A stretch of DNA of 64,000 nt from Macrostomum lignano (Eukaryota). A model generated the notes under the pieces. That model was not told the DNA's origin. It searched no databases and saw only the letters and a program-made list of their open reading frames with translations. The translations under genes were made by a program, and so were the position numbers. Location: assembly GCA_002269645.1 (NCBI GenBank), contig NIVC01003488.1:1-64000 (forward strand), read 5' to 3'. Below are positions 45,001 through 57,706 of this stretch, one piece after another (within the stretch, counting starts at the first letter, position 1; every line of letters begins with the position of its first letter).

Positions 45001-48000
45001 AATGTACATGTTGGGCTGTTAGCCACCGAGTTTGACTGTGTACTTTCGAAGCCAGTGGACAGTGGGGTGTACTTTTGGACGAATAGCTGTGTGCATTCGG
45101 GCGAGTAAGGGTAGGTGTGTACTTCTGGCTTGAGCAGGAGTGTACTTTTAGAGAAAGTAGAGCGTGTACTTTTGGGTTTCAGGGTGGGCGGAGCGTGTTG
45201 GTCATTAGTTGATCAAGGCTGCTCAGATCCGCTCTAGCCATGCTGATGAGGCATCCGCCCAGCTCACCGTCAGCCGCCTTTATCCGATCAGCCGCTCGAG
45301 CCTCAAATTGAATTCGCGATTCCAGCTGCCGCCGGATGAAGCCGCGATAACCGACTGAGAAATCATCTTCATCATCATCGTCGTCCTCATCTTCCCATTC
45401 GCCGTCGCCGTCGCCACCGGTCTCGCCGTCCTCATCAGACGAGTAGAACTGCACAAAGTCGGAGGTTCGCTCCGGCTCTGGCTCAAAGTGGTCCAGCTCG
45501 GCCTCGTCTGGCGGAGTGTACTTTGCTAACAGCGGCACGTACAGGGCCTTGCGAGCCTGCGCCAGGGCCTCTCCGATTGGCTGAGGCTCGACCGCCGGGT
45601 CGCCAGATGCCGAACTATTAATCAGGCAGTTTCACGGACGGAGTGGTGCAACATGGGCAGGTACTCGGACACACAAGCTACTCTGAAGCAATAGATATCC
45701 CATTGATCCTTCACATCCCCCAGCTAGATAGCCAGTAGATATCCCGTTGATCCTTCACATCCCCCAGCTAGATAGCCAGTAGATATCCCGTTGATCCTTC
45801 ACATCTCCAAGCTAGATAGCCAGTAGATATCCCATTGATCCCCAAGCTAGATAGCCGGCAGATATCCCATTGATCCCCAAGCTAGATAGCCGGCAGATAT
45901 CCCATTGATCCCCAAGCTAGATAGCCGGCAGATATCCCATTGATCCCCAAGCTAGATAGCCGGCAGATATCCCATTGATCCCCAAGCTAGATAGCCGGCA
46001 GATATCCCATTGATCCCCAAGCTAGATAGCCGGCAGATATCCCATTGATCCCCAAGCTAGATAGCCGGCAGATATCCCATTGATCCCCAAGCTAGATAGC
46101 CGGCAGATATCCCATTGATCCCCAAGCTAGATAGCCGGCAGATATCCCATTGATCCCCAAGCTAGATAGCCGGCAGATATCCCATTGATCCCCAAGCTAG
46201 ATAGCCGGCAGATATCCCATTGATCCCCAAGCTAGATAGCCGGCAGATATCCCATTGATCCCCAAGCTAGATAGCCGGCAGATATCCCATTGATCCCCAA
46301 GCTAGATAGCCGGCAGATATCCCATTGATCCCCAAGCTAGATAGCCGGCAGATATCCCATTGATCCCCAAGCTAGATAGCCGGCAGATATCCCATTGATC
46401 CCCAAGCTAGATAGCCGGCAGATATCCCATTGATCCCCAAGCTAGATAGCCGGCAGCTATCCCAGCTCAGCCCTTACCTCTCCTCCTGCTGTTTCTGCAA
46501 TTTTTTCCTCTCAGCAGCCAGAGCTCTCTCTGCCCGCGCCTCAGCCGCTGCCAAAGCCTCCTCAGGCTCTCGCACAGCAACCAGACTGTAGGTATTATCC
46601 CCAGACACAGTCGAATAGATAATCTCAGTCTCCATGGAACCCAGAGCAACATCGTACAGCGCGGCGAGAGCGTGCACCAAATCCTGCGCCGGAATGCCGG
46701 CAACTTGACAAGCGGATTTAAATGTTGGATTTAGAAGCCGTTTAATATTGACCAGGTAAACTGAGAGCCGGTGACGCCCGGACGGGCCGTAAGGAACCGA
46801 CAGGTCTGTCAGACAGACCGCCGGCTGCCCAACCAGCAGCTGCTTGACGATGCCCTCCAGGTTGCGGCTGCTGCTTCAGCAGTAGAGAAACTGCAAATCC
46901 GATCAGTTTAAGCTGACAATGTTATCTAGATTTTCTATTTTTGTATGGCACCCTGACTATGGATCTTAAATTCAAAAATGTAATTTAGATTCAGACAATA
47001 AAACCTATAGCCCCCATGCAAGAAATATTTTCTCAGTATACTTTCTCAGGATACTACTAGAGACTAATGGAGACTAGTGGATACTAATAGAGACTAGTAA
47101 TAATAATAGGGCCAGATGTGCAACCGACAGCTCAGCCGCAGCTATTGCGTGGCGCATCTGAAGGCTGCGTACGGCTGTTCAGTCCAAGGACTGGGGGGTC
47201 GCCACACACCCTCAATTACCCCAGCTAATGCTGGTACTCAATTTACAGCTGGGTGAACTGAAGCAATGCAGAGTTAAGTGTCCTGCTCAAGGACACAAAT
47301 TGTTCCAGTGGGACCGGGAATCGAACCCCCGACTTCAAAGTTGTGAGTCCGACGCTCCAGTCAGGAGGCTACAAACCTCGCTACTAGATTACAGGATACT
47401 AATAGGGACTACTTGATACTAATAGGGACTACTGGATACTAATAGGGACTACAGGATACTAATAGGGACTACTGGATACTAATAGGGACTACTGGATACT
47501 AATAGGGACTACTGGATACTAATAGGGACTACTGGATACTAATAGGGACTACTGGATACTAATAGGGACTACTGGATACTAATAGGGACTACTGGATACT
47601 AATAGAGACTACTGGATACTAATAGAGACTACTGGATACTAATAGAGACTACTGGATACTAATAGAGACTACTGGATACTAATAGGGACTACTGGATACT
47701 AATAGAGACTACTGGATACTAATAGGGACTACTGGATACTAATAGAGACTACTGGATACTAATAGGGACTATTGGATACTAATAGAGACTACTGGATACT
47801 AATAGGGACTACTGGATACTAATAGAGACTACTGGATACTAATAGAGACTACTGGATACTAATAGGGACTACTGGATACTAATAGGGACTACTGGATACT
47901 AATAGAGACTACTGGATACTAATAGAGACTACTGGATACTAATAGGGACTACTGGATACTAATAGAGACTACTGGATACTAATAGAGACTACTGGATACT

Positions 48001-49547
48001 AATAGAGACTACTGGATACTAATAGGGACTACTGGATACTAATAGAGACTACTGGATACTAATAGAGACTACTGGATACTAATAGAGACTACTGGATACT
48101 AATAGAGACTACTGGATACTAATAGGGACTACTGGATACTAATAGAGACTACTGGATACTAGTAATTGCTACATTTTACAGCAAAATTTAGGCCTTAGAA
48201 AAGCTTATAACAATTTTCTTGGGCTTGTGGGTCTACAATAAAGTACATCATGTAGTTATTCACAATGAAAACATTGTAGATCAATTAGTTTATCTACAGC
48301 ATATTATATATCGCTATGGAAATAAATGTACAAAAAGAAACCCAATTAAAATCATTGTAGCAACATAATGAAAACGTGAAAATTAGTTCGATGCACATTT
48401 ATAATCAAATAGCACGCGCACTAGAAACTAGTTAAAGTAGCATAATTAAGCGGATAAATTTAATCTATAAAACCCCTGCATTAAGGATGCACTGCAGGTC
48501 AAGTATTAAAAGAGAAATTAAGTGCAGAACGAATTAGCGTACCAAACAACATATAAAAACAGAACTAAAAAGACAATGCCAGGACAACATAATATCGCTC
48601 TGAATTGCTTATACAATATTGAATGAATAACCAGCATCTCAAGAAGATTTTGATTGCTATATAAAAAACAGCTAGCTTATAAGGAAAGACACTGATAGAG
48701 TAATTAAATCGCGCAGAATGTAAGACAGAATTTCAATTCACGCGAAATATTATTGTGAAATTAAAACAAAACATTATTTTGTAGTTTCCAATGAGCCTAT
48801 CGCTTTGAAGTGCACAGAAGCCAAACTGTGTTGTCCAATAAAAAATTACCGAGTACTATCACATGGGCTATGACAGAACAAAAGACCAAACAGTAAAATC
48901 ATGCACAAATCTGTACAGTACACAACAGGTCAACATTATAACAAAGAAAAAAAGGTTTCTGTCGCATTGAATGTATAATAACATAGGGGTGCAATAAAGA
49001 ATATCAATCAGCTTTCAGTCATTCATTCGCATTGCACAGCTCAGTAAATGCACCGCTTTAACGCTTAGTGTAAGCTAGAATTCAGTTCGACCGCTTGCAT
49101 ACGTTTAGTACTGGTTATTATTAATTACCTGAGATCCTCAAACACAATTTGAAATCCCTAATCCTAATCCTGAAATTCTAAATCATGATATCAGATCCTC
49201 AATTACAATCTGAGATCCTCAATTACAATCTGAGATTCCAAATGACAATCTGAGATCCACAATGACAATCTGAGATTCCCAATGACAATCTGAGATCCAC
49301 AATGACAATCTGAGATCCCAAATGACAATCTGAGATCCCAAATGACAATCTGAGATCTCAAATGACAATCTAAGATCTTCAATGATAATCTGGGATCCCT
49401 AATGAAAATGAGATTCCTATTGTAGTATGAGATCCCTAAATCAGAATCTGTTATAATCCCAGATTTCGAGGGGGAGGAGAACGCAGCAGCTCACCAGTAA
49501 ACGCGCCTGACTCTCGTACCAGGACCCCTGCTTCGATTCCGTGCCAT
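42046..49547 (-). CDS. Uncharacterised ~680-aa protein: N-terminal domain, acidic linker, GCN5-like GNAT acetyltransferase, coiled coil, PARP-like (ART-fold) domain
   Basis: Exons (minus) 49547-49495 (tentative), 46873-46478, 45614 or 45682 to 45268, 44619-44153, 43373-42888, 42336-42046; phases match and total 2040 nt with the 45614 start. GNAT: VHLVFLAVRSRFRRAGLGSALLRSLKD...VHADPDAVSFFARWGF. ART: TQLYLCGP, GAFGLGFYLS, EYLVFDPRQLSPCLLVLY. Confidence 0.8.
42508..42790 (+). mobile_element. tRNA-derived CORE-type SINE, copy 1
   Basis: Pol III A box TAGCCTAGTGG (42517), B box GTTCGATTCC (42561), MIR/CORE-like TGTGTCTTTGAGCAAGACACTTAAC...CAGCTGTAAAATGGG; second copy at 47109-47377. Confidence 0.85.
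43490..44125. repeat. 29-bp minisatellite (AGGTATAGCGGCACATCAAAGGATCGGGG) filling an intron
   Basis: Direct tandem units. Confidence 0.95.
44625..44995. repeat. 20-bp minisatellite (TTGGTTGGTGTTGCTTGGAG) abutting the GNAT-exon acceptor
   Basis: Direct tandem units. Confidence 0.93.
45700..46460. repeat. 35-bp minisatellite (GATATCCCATTGATCCCCAAGCTAGATAGCCGGCA) filling an intron
   Basis: Direct tandem units, nearly invariant. Confidence 0.97.
47109..47377 (-). mobile_element. tRNA-derived CORE-type SINE, copy 2 (inverted relative to copy 1)
   Basis: Reverse complement aligns end to end with 42508-42790; A box degenerate, B box intact. Confidence 0.85.
47385..48160. repeat. 20-bp minisatellite (GGATACTAATAGGGACTACT)
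   Basis: Direct tandem units. Confidence 0.97.
49200..49420. repeat. 20-bp minisatellite (AATGACAATCTGAGATCCCA)
   Basis: Direct tandem units. Confidence 0.88.
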
Positions 49548-49910
49548 TCATTTGGGGCTTGTTCACACCCATTACCCATGAGGCCCAACCCCCAAGGCAT
49601 AGAGAGTGCACATGCCTGACGAATAGAAAGTCAGGGCCGCTGTACATCCTGTGTGAGCGTACAGCATTGGTGCACTTGTGTGTGCTCAGGAGTCAGTCGA
49701 ATGGGCGGAATTGCCTCAGCGACACGATGTCGCCGATGGCCCCAGATATCACAGATAGAAAGCAGATAGTGAACCGCAGTGACGCATTGAATTTCAGAAC
49801 TTTTCCGAATATTTAGGGCCAATCCTAACAAGTGATCCTGGGAAATCCCAAATCCTAGCAACAGATCCCAGAGACCGCTTCAGAGCCCTCTGGATCCCGA
49901 CTTTCTCCAT

Positions 49911-51434
49911 TCATCCGGCCGCGGCCGTCCGCCCAGACAAGTTGGCCCTGGCCACGGTGTAAACAGCCAGGCCAATAACAATGAGCACAACGGCCAGTAT
50001 GAGCAGCAGCAGAGCCCGATTCTGCACCACCCTGCGCAGCATGCCGCTCAGTATCCGACTGCTGGCGCCCAGATCCCTATCGGCGCCGCGTAGCCGGTCT
50101 CGGCCGCGCTCCAGCGTCTCCCGCTGTCCGGCCAGATCGGCCAGAATGGTCCGGCCAACTTGTTGAGTTGTTTCAACACTGCCAAGGCCTTCGTCGATAC
50201 GACGACCGGCACGTTCGAGACGTTCGGTATTGTCCAGCAGGCGGGTGCGGTAGTCGGAGGCCAGCTCGTCGTGGCGATGCTGCAGCGACTGTTCGGCCTC
50301 CGACAGAAGCTCGTCTCGATCCCGCTTGGCCTGGCCGGCCTCTCTGGCAGTTCAAATGAGGATTGGGGATAAATCAGTGGATCTAGGAGGATTCGTAACC
50401 CAGATGAGCTCTAGGAGTGGCGAGGGACCAAGATGAAGACCTGGGAGGATTGGGAAACCAAGATGAGGATCTGGGAGGATTGGGAAACCAAGATGGGGAT
50501 CTGGGAGGATTGGGAAACCAAGATGAGGATCTGGGAGGATTGGGAAACGAAGATGGGGATCTGGGAGGATTGGGAAACCAAGATGAGGATCTGGGAGGAT
50601 TGGGAAACGAAGATGGGGATCTGGGAGGATTGGGAAACCAAAATGGGGATCTAGGAGGATTGGGAAACCAAAATGGGGATCTAGGAGGATTGGGAAACCA
50701 AAATGGGGATCTAGGAGGATTGGGAAACCAAGATTGTGATCTGGGAGGATTGGGAAACCAAGATGGTGATCTGGGAGGATTGGGAAACCAAGATGGGGAT
50801 CTGGGAGGATTGGAGATTAAGATTGGGGATCTGAGAGGATTAGGGGTCAGGGAGAGTTGTGGGATCAAGATAGGGATTCGAGAGGATTGGAGATTAAGAT
50901 AGGGATCTGAGAGGATTTGGAGATTAATATGGAGATCTGGAACCATTGGGAAACCAATAGTGTTCTGGGAGGATTGATGGGTCAAACTGGGATCTGGGAG
51001 ATCGGGAGGATCTGTGAGTAGAGCGGCAGCACCCAGAGGATCAGTGAGTAGGGTGTGGGCCCCATTTACCTAGCCCGACGAAAATCCACCTCCAGTTTCT
51101 TGTGCTCGGCGGAATAGCTCTGCAGCCGGGTGGTGTACTTCTGCCTGAGCGATGGTGGCTGGCTTCGTATCTCCAGCTCCAGCTGTTCCAGGGTCTCCTT
51201 GGCCTCGGCAAACAGCCGCTCTGCTTGGCTAATAGTGGTCACTCGGTCATCTATAGATACACAAAAATAGTAAGTTATTGATTTTTGGACACAAGAATAG
51301 CAGACAATATATCTTATTTATTTATGTAAAGTGACCTCACCTGTACTTGATAGGTGACTAATCTGGTTAATTTTACTAGTTATCTCGGCTGTTGTTATGC
51401 CAAACTGCTGCTCATAGGTCTCCAGTAAGGACAT
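49911..51434 (-). CDS. VTI1: Vesicle transport Qb-SNARE VTI1 (VTI1A-like), 235 aa
   Basis: Exons 51434-51341, 51250-51070, 50343-49911 in phase (708 nt). Habc start LLETYEQQFGITTAEITSKI, ELEIRSQPPSLRQKY, SNARE motif RLLDNTERLERAGRRI...SSRILSGMLRRVVQNR, C-terminal TM. An in-frame upstream ATG exists at 51464. Confidence 0.95.
50420..50830. repeat. 30-bp minisatellite (GGATCTGGGAGGATTGGGAAACCAAGATGG) in VTI1 intron 2
   Basis: Direct tandem units. Confidence 0.93.
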
Positions 51435-52044
51435 TATATTGTCTGAAATACATTTAAATGCCATTTTATGTTTTACTATGCTGGGGTCTCTGAAATATCT
51501 ACTGCTGGCTCCAAATTTTGTTATTACAAGACTATAATTAATTTCTAAAGATAAGTTAGAATATTAGTCCGAGTGTTTCTTACTTTATACTGATAGCGTT
51601 CTTACTTATTATATACTTTATTCTATTTTATTATATGCCTAGAATTCCTTGCATATATTTCTTAGAATAAATCTTGTAAATATCTCTCAGTAATCTCAGT
51701 ATTTGATCATCTAGCTCTTGAGCATTACCAAGATTAGAGGTTCATAACTTTCTTAATACTAGATATATATAATATATATATATTCTTTAAGATCTACTTT
51801 GCTTTTTCTAATAATTGCAGCATTCTACTTATTAGTAGTATATCTCTACATGTAAAAATGAAAACTGTGTGTCCATCTATAGACATTTTGTTCGCTAAGG
51901 ACTCCCAAACTACTAAAACCAAATTACATTAAATTTTGCACCCACCCTAAACTCACTATGGAGAATATCATAGGCTACTTTTAAATTTCCGAAATTTGAG
52001 TCTTTCTACCTAAAAGTGCAAAAAACTGCTTAAAATGCGCGATG

Positions 52045-52424
52045 TTTTCACTAAATCCTTTATAGCGCCGCTCTACTTCTACCAATCATCATTAAATTTG
52101 ACACAAATAATCTTTAACTATTTTGACACAATCGTGTAAATTTCTAGTCTGAAATTTAATCCTGAACGGCGCTGTGCACTTTTAAATTTAGGCTGTTTTT
52201 GTCAGCGAGACAGCCACCCCAACCTCTGCCTGCCTCTCTTTCCCCTTATCTGGCGAGATGTGGAAAATGGGTTTGAAAATTGACTATTTTTCAGCTGCTA
52301 TAAGTTTGCTCCACATAAAGCGATTGACTTCAAACTTGACACAATTCTTCATTGACTCATTCTTTGTCTAAATGTAAAGTTTCAACTCTGTATCTTAATC
52401 AGAACAGAAACTGTAAGCATGTGA
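52045..52424 (+). mobile_element. Dispersed repeat, copy B (homologous to 32321-32703)
   Basis: Shares the same sequence blocks with the reverse complement of copy A; family not identified. Confidence 0.75.
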
Positions 52425-55400
52425 GATTAGAGAGGAGAAAAGATATGAGACAAGAGAGAAAGAGAGAGAGAGGAGTGAGCAGAGAGAAATGAGAAGAGAT
52501 AAGAGAGAAAAGATAAAAGAGAAAAGAGAGATAAGAGAACAAAGATGAGAGAGAAGAGAGAGGTAAGGAAAGAGATAATAGAAGAGATTTGAGGAGTGAG
52601 TGGAGAGAGGAAAAGAGAGAGTTGAGAGAAGAGAGGAGAAAGGAGAAAGGAGAGGAGAAAGAAAAGAATAGAGGGGAGAAAGAAGAGATGAGAGAAGAAA
52701 GAAGAGAGGAGAGGAGAGAGATGAGACAAGAGATGAGAGAGAAGAGAGGGAATAGAAGAGAAAATAGAAGTTTCATTCAAAGGATGCAAGGGACATAGGG
52801 AAAGGCAGAGGTAGAGGCCAGAGTTTGCTTGACATTCTGCGCAGAATACCAGCCAACAATATCAATGTTTGTCTCAAATCCTAATTTTATACAAATGTAC
52901 TCTATTTTATATTCAACTCTATCCTAACTATTAATAAGTTTTTTCTGAGTTTTACCTCAGATTTTAGAATACATGCAAAAATAGTTCTGGGGATTGGAGT
53001 TCCCTGGGTTCAAAATCTGCGGGCTTCAACAGCTTGTTGAAGCCCTAATACTATACACTAATACATATCCAAAATAGTATAGTATATATAATTGGATTTA
53101 TTATTTTAAAGCCTTGACCATTTGATATAATATGTTATATGGAAACAATAATAAAAAATGATGTCTATAGGTATTAGTAATACCCTATAGCTATACTCTA
53201 TAGATATAAATGAATATTTAGTTTAGATTATTTATCTTTTTATAGACCTAGGAATTAGGATAAGGCCAAGTTAGAATTTTATATAGTATAAAAAACCACA
53301 AAAGTGAAATTTAATTGTATAATATGAAAGAATAATGTTATGTCTATATACACTAAAACAAATGCTAGACAGACTAGGCCCTAGCCGAAAAATTAAAAAA
53401 CATATCATTTTACAATTCGGATTTTTTTATGGAATAGAATGATATTATTAGGCAACCTATACTGAGATGCCCGATAGGCCATACCAATCAGTCAATATAT
53501 AAAAAGGTATATACCTTATATAAACGTTAAATTCTCAAATTTATCTTCTTTCGAAAAGAAAAATGCATGTTGTTGTAAACTTAAATACTCGAAGTTTTTA
53601 TACGTCTTAGTCTTAACAAAACATAATACTGATATTTGTACCAGACTGGAAAAGCATAAAGTAAAATGTGCAAAAATTTAATTACAATAAAAAATTACAA
53701 GGAAGATCACTGTGCCTATCGTAGTGAATAAGAACTGATAGAAACGGTCGCTTCATTTGTGAGGTGGTGCAACACACACGACCCTTCGCCGCGGAACGAA
53801 CTGCCGAATTATTTCTGCTGTTGCGATCCCTTCCAACTGGAGAAGCTTTACCAGGAGAAATTAATCGCCTTTCTTTTGAGAGCGAAGTATAATATTTCAT
53901 TTAGAGCACAGAGAGGTAACTTTGATCAGTACTTCAGCGAGATTCGGAAAGGTTTTGTTTCAAAGGCGTACATTTATCTAGAATTTTAGAAAAGGGATCA
54001 TAACTCCAGTTAGAATGAGCTCATACAGTATAAATGACGGAAAACAGAAGTTTCTTTAATTGATGTTAAAAAGTTCTACAAAGTAGGAAGTATATAATTC
54101 GAACTCTCTCGGGTTTGCTAGTTTTCTTCTGCATTGATTACTCATTATTAGTGTGATACGAAATAAATAGAAAAATGTACTTTTTACTTTTTTATAAATT
54201 ATAGCTAGGCCAAGATTCGTTTCCCGGGGGACATTCACATATGACGCGTGGGCATTCTATACATTCCTTCAGAGAGGACAATGGTGGTTATGTCATAATG
54301 TCCGGCCTGCGGTTGAGTCAAATAAGAGCACTTGGGAAGCGGGGGAAGGGACGGCGGACAGCCACGCAGTCGAGGAGCTAGCCTACCTCACTCTGTGCTT
54401 GGATGCCATCGCACTATTCAATCCGAGCTACGTGTGATATATGCCGTGAGGATGGGAGCCAGTGAAAGACCCGGTCGAGCCGAGCCAGCCTTGGCCAGGC
54501 GATCGGCCAGCTCGTTTTCGAGAGGGGCACGAGTGCCCGGGAATCCACCTTAGAGACACCTTTAATTGTTAGAGGCGCCTAAACGGTTAAGCTAGAATTA
54601 GAACAGGTGGTGGTGCGCTCAATGGCCTGAATCGCCGCTTGATTGTCCGAGTGGGAGGATAATCTCGCTGAGTTTAAAGCTACACAGGAGCTGATGGCGA
54701 GAACTTTTTTCTGGAAGACAGTAGATCGAGCTAGGTGTATTGGAGATTTACACGGTCATGCAAAGCTGCAGTGGATTTCACTGGGTTTTCACTTGTCTCT
54801 TGCTTCATCACGTGGTGGCATGGAATGCTGATGGTTTTGAATTTAAGCGGAGGGCAGAGCATAGACGGAAATTCCGTCCGAGACGGTGGTCAGCAGGCCT
54901 CCCTCTGTTTTCTCTGTCTTGGCCATAGTTGCGCTTCGGTTTGCTCATCTGAGTGCTCATTGTACACGTAACAAGCGAACAAACTAGTCTTGCTTTTAGT
55001 ATTTAATTAAACACGCAATTTCTGCGTCAAAAAAGCTCATCAGTCAGCACACCGAAAGTAAGTAAGCAAAGTACAAATAACCAACTAAGCTTAAGCATAC
55101 TCAATTGTCGAAATCTCCAAACCCAACCCAGTGTTGTGGTGGCCAAGGAATCCTGAGACCCTGAATCATGAGATCATTTTGTCATCTCTGTTACACATAT
55201 TGTTACACACAGTGAGCTAATAAGAATGATAAAATAGATTCATAAAACCAATGAGCCGAGCTGTGTCGTTTTTATGGTTTTTAGGCACATGACATACATG
55301 TTTGTAATTGTATGTAGAATAAAAAATTAACATAGAATCCTAATTTAATGAACGAAAATCTTTATGAATATCAATAGAGCTGAAAGAAAGGCGCAACATA

Positions 55401-55861
55401 TCAAAAGATGAACATTGGGTCTGCCTCCTATCGAAAGCAATAACAATTTTTGTGCTCAAAAAAAGGAAGCTGAAAGTGTATTTTTCGGCGAAAACCAGCC
55501 TCCTTAACATTTTCTAAGAAAAGTAGCTTTTCGTCCTTCTACTCGAGTAGTCCTTGGGTTGGTGTTGAATGCACTGGGTTCTTATCTTATCTCAATTAGT
55601 GTGCCAAGAAAAGTCAATCCTGCAAACAAACAGAAGGCACGGATCATACCATATTCGCCTACCTATCAATTTTATTCAGAAACTACATTTGTATCCATTG
55701 TACTCATTTTTGACAATCTGCCCTTGATCTGATAGCGTAATGGGCGACGCTCGCCTCCCCGCTGCGTCTTCGGACCGCCCTGCAGCCCCTGATCTGCCTT
55801 TTAGACTACAGACTTTTCCATAAAATCTGGCGAGTGTGTGAAATACACTACACTCGTATTG

Positions 55862-56426
55862 AACCGGGGCGGCGCCAACCGGATGCTAACCGCTGTTAAC
55901 CGGTTCGCTAAAAAACCGGTTTTTCGGCCAAAAACCGGTTTCAGAAAAACTTACGTTCTAATGTCCGTTTTTGCGGTTTTTTCCGACAAATAGATAAACT
56001 TGAAAAAAAATTCTATCCATTTTTAAGTAAAACAAGGCATATATTTTCGTTCATATAATTGGCAGAAGACTGCCTGAGCCTATGCGAAAATAACGCAATA
56101 CATGTACATTGTGATTTTTGTGAGTACGTAACACGTGACACTATCTGAAGATATTAAATTGAACACGAGGCCCTACACTTCACTACGAATGAACTCACTC
56201 ACTCATTAATCAGACAGAGACCCCCAGACCAGATCGAGATTGCAGAGAAGAAGCATGTGAATGGACGGAATAACGAGTTATGCTAAATTGGGAGTTCAAA
56301 ATTCAATACATTTTGGGGTCTCAGGTTTATTAAAAAATGTTTTTCAAAAAACTGGTTTCCTGAAAAGTACAGTTGTTTAAAGCGGTTAACCGGTTCTCAA
56401 AAAATGCATGGTTTTTGGCATCCCTA
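55862..56426. mobile_element. Possible degenerate hAT-like MITE
   Basis: AACCGG-rich clusters at both ends; right end reads GGTTTTTGGCATCCCTA; the left TIR match is poor and no TSD was found. Confidence 0.35.
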
Positions 56427-57706
56427 ACGAAATGACGATAGCCAATGACGGACCAAAATGCTCCCAGTTACAATTTCGACGGGCGTAATTAAGTTTTAAG
56501 AAAACTGTACAGGGGCAGGGCAGTCCTCAGCCACCCCTCCAGGTGCACTTTTGATTGTTTAACGTACATGTACGGGTAAATAAGCACGACCAACATGGAA
56601 CTATAGCTATGCTCGTTTATAGAGAGAGCAGCCATTTTTCAAGTCTCTTTTCTCAAGGAATGGTAGAAAAAGCTGGAAATTGCACTGGTAAGCTAATTTT
56701 TGTCCATAAACTGTTGCATATCCTGCTGCAAATTTCATGTTGCAAATAGAATATTCTATATTGACGAACATCGGTTCTCCGATTTTTCTTTGTTGTACCA
56801 ACTTTTAGATACGGGAAATGTTCTAAACTGCGTAGATCCCCATTTTATCGTCCATATAATCCCCTAAAGGCTGGTACACAAGTATAGCTCGGCGGATCAA
56901 AGATTGATCCCCTTCCCTTTAACTTTGTATCTGGCCACTAAAAGACTAACTGACTGATCCTCTGCCGAGTGACTCGGGACTTTTTACGGCACACTATTAT
57001 ACACTCATATTTGCTAAATTTCCTACTCTACTATGTACATTTTCCAGTCTATTTTTAGCAATTTCCTCATACCATTTAATTTAGAGCACCATTTTAAGTT
57101 TCTATTTAGACAAGCCAACATTGAATTTAGCCGGCGGCAGTACATTTTACGAGTACAATACAGTTGCTATAGTTTCACTCTCGATTGTCTATGGCTAAAA
57201 GTAGGGAACTGAGGCAAATCTCAAACTCAAATTATACTGCCGTCCTTCTATTTAGACAAGTTTTATTCAGTCAGTTGGGCAATACTTTTCTTTTTGTGCT
57301 TCCAAATGCCTAATACTCAGCTCGCTACACAAGTTTAAGCAAACTTTGGCCTTCGCTCCTCGCTTTTTTCAACCTATCTTTTTTTGGCCCGTTCAATAGC
57401 TTCTTCACGTACTTTTAGCCATTGAAAATAGAGAGTGAAACGAGGAAGAAGTGACGAGACTGCATATCTGTTTTGTTGAAATAGACTGGGAAAAGGCTTT
57501 TTAAAAAACTATGGAAAGTACGAGCGCGTATTGCTTTGCTTTCAGCCAACAAAAAGTACACAATACTCTCTGTCGGGAGTAGCTCTTTAAAAACTGTTGT
57601 GTGCGCCGATGCGCGCTTATATCCAAAGCTTCTTTTTTCAGGTTTTTTCGTCAAAGTCTGAGACTTCGACTGAGTTTGATAGTTTGGCTTCAAAACGAAA
57701 GTAGAA

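Noticed and set aside
45179-45181. Single TGA separating two same-frame ORFs (possible readthrough into the GNAT domain)
   Set aside because: A canonical phase-1 intron (45267-44620) removes it and yields a clean Gly codon
46876-46890. TGC TGA after an upstream acceptor (TTTGCAG|TTT CTC TAC TGC TGA) as a possible selenocysteine codon
   Set aside because: Closer in-frame acceptors bypass the TGA with a matching phase-2 upstream exon; no SECIS recognised
53682-54971. Several 60-78-aa ORFs upstream of VTI1
   Set aside because: No recognisable motifs or consistent splice structure; an LTR or promoter could not be supported
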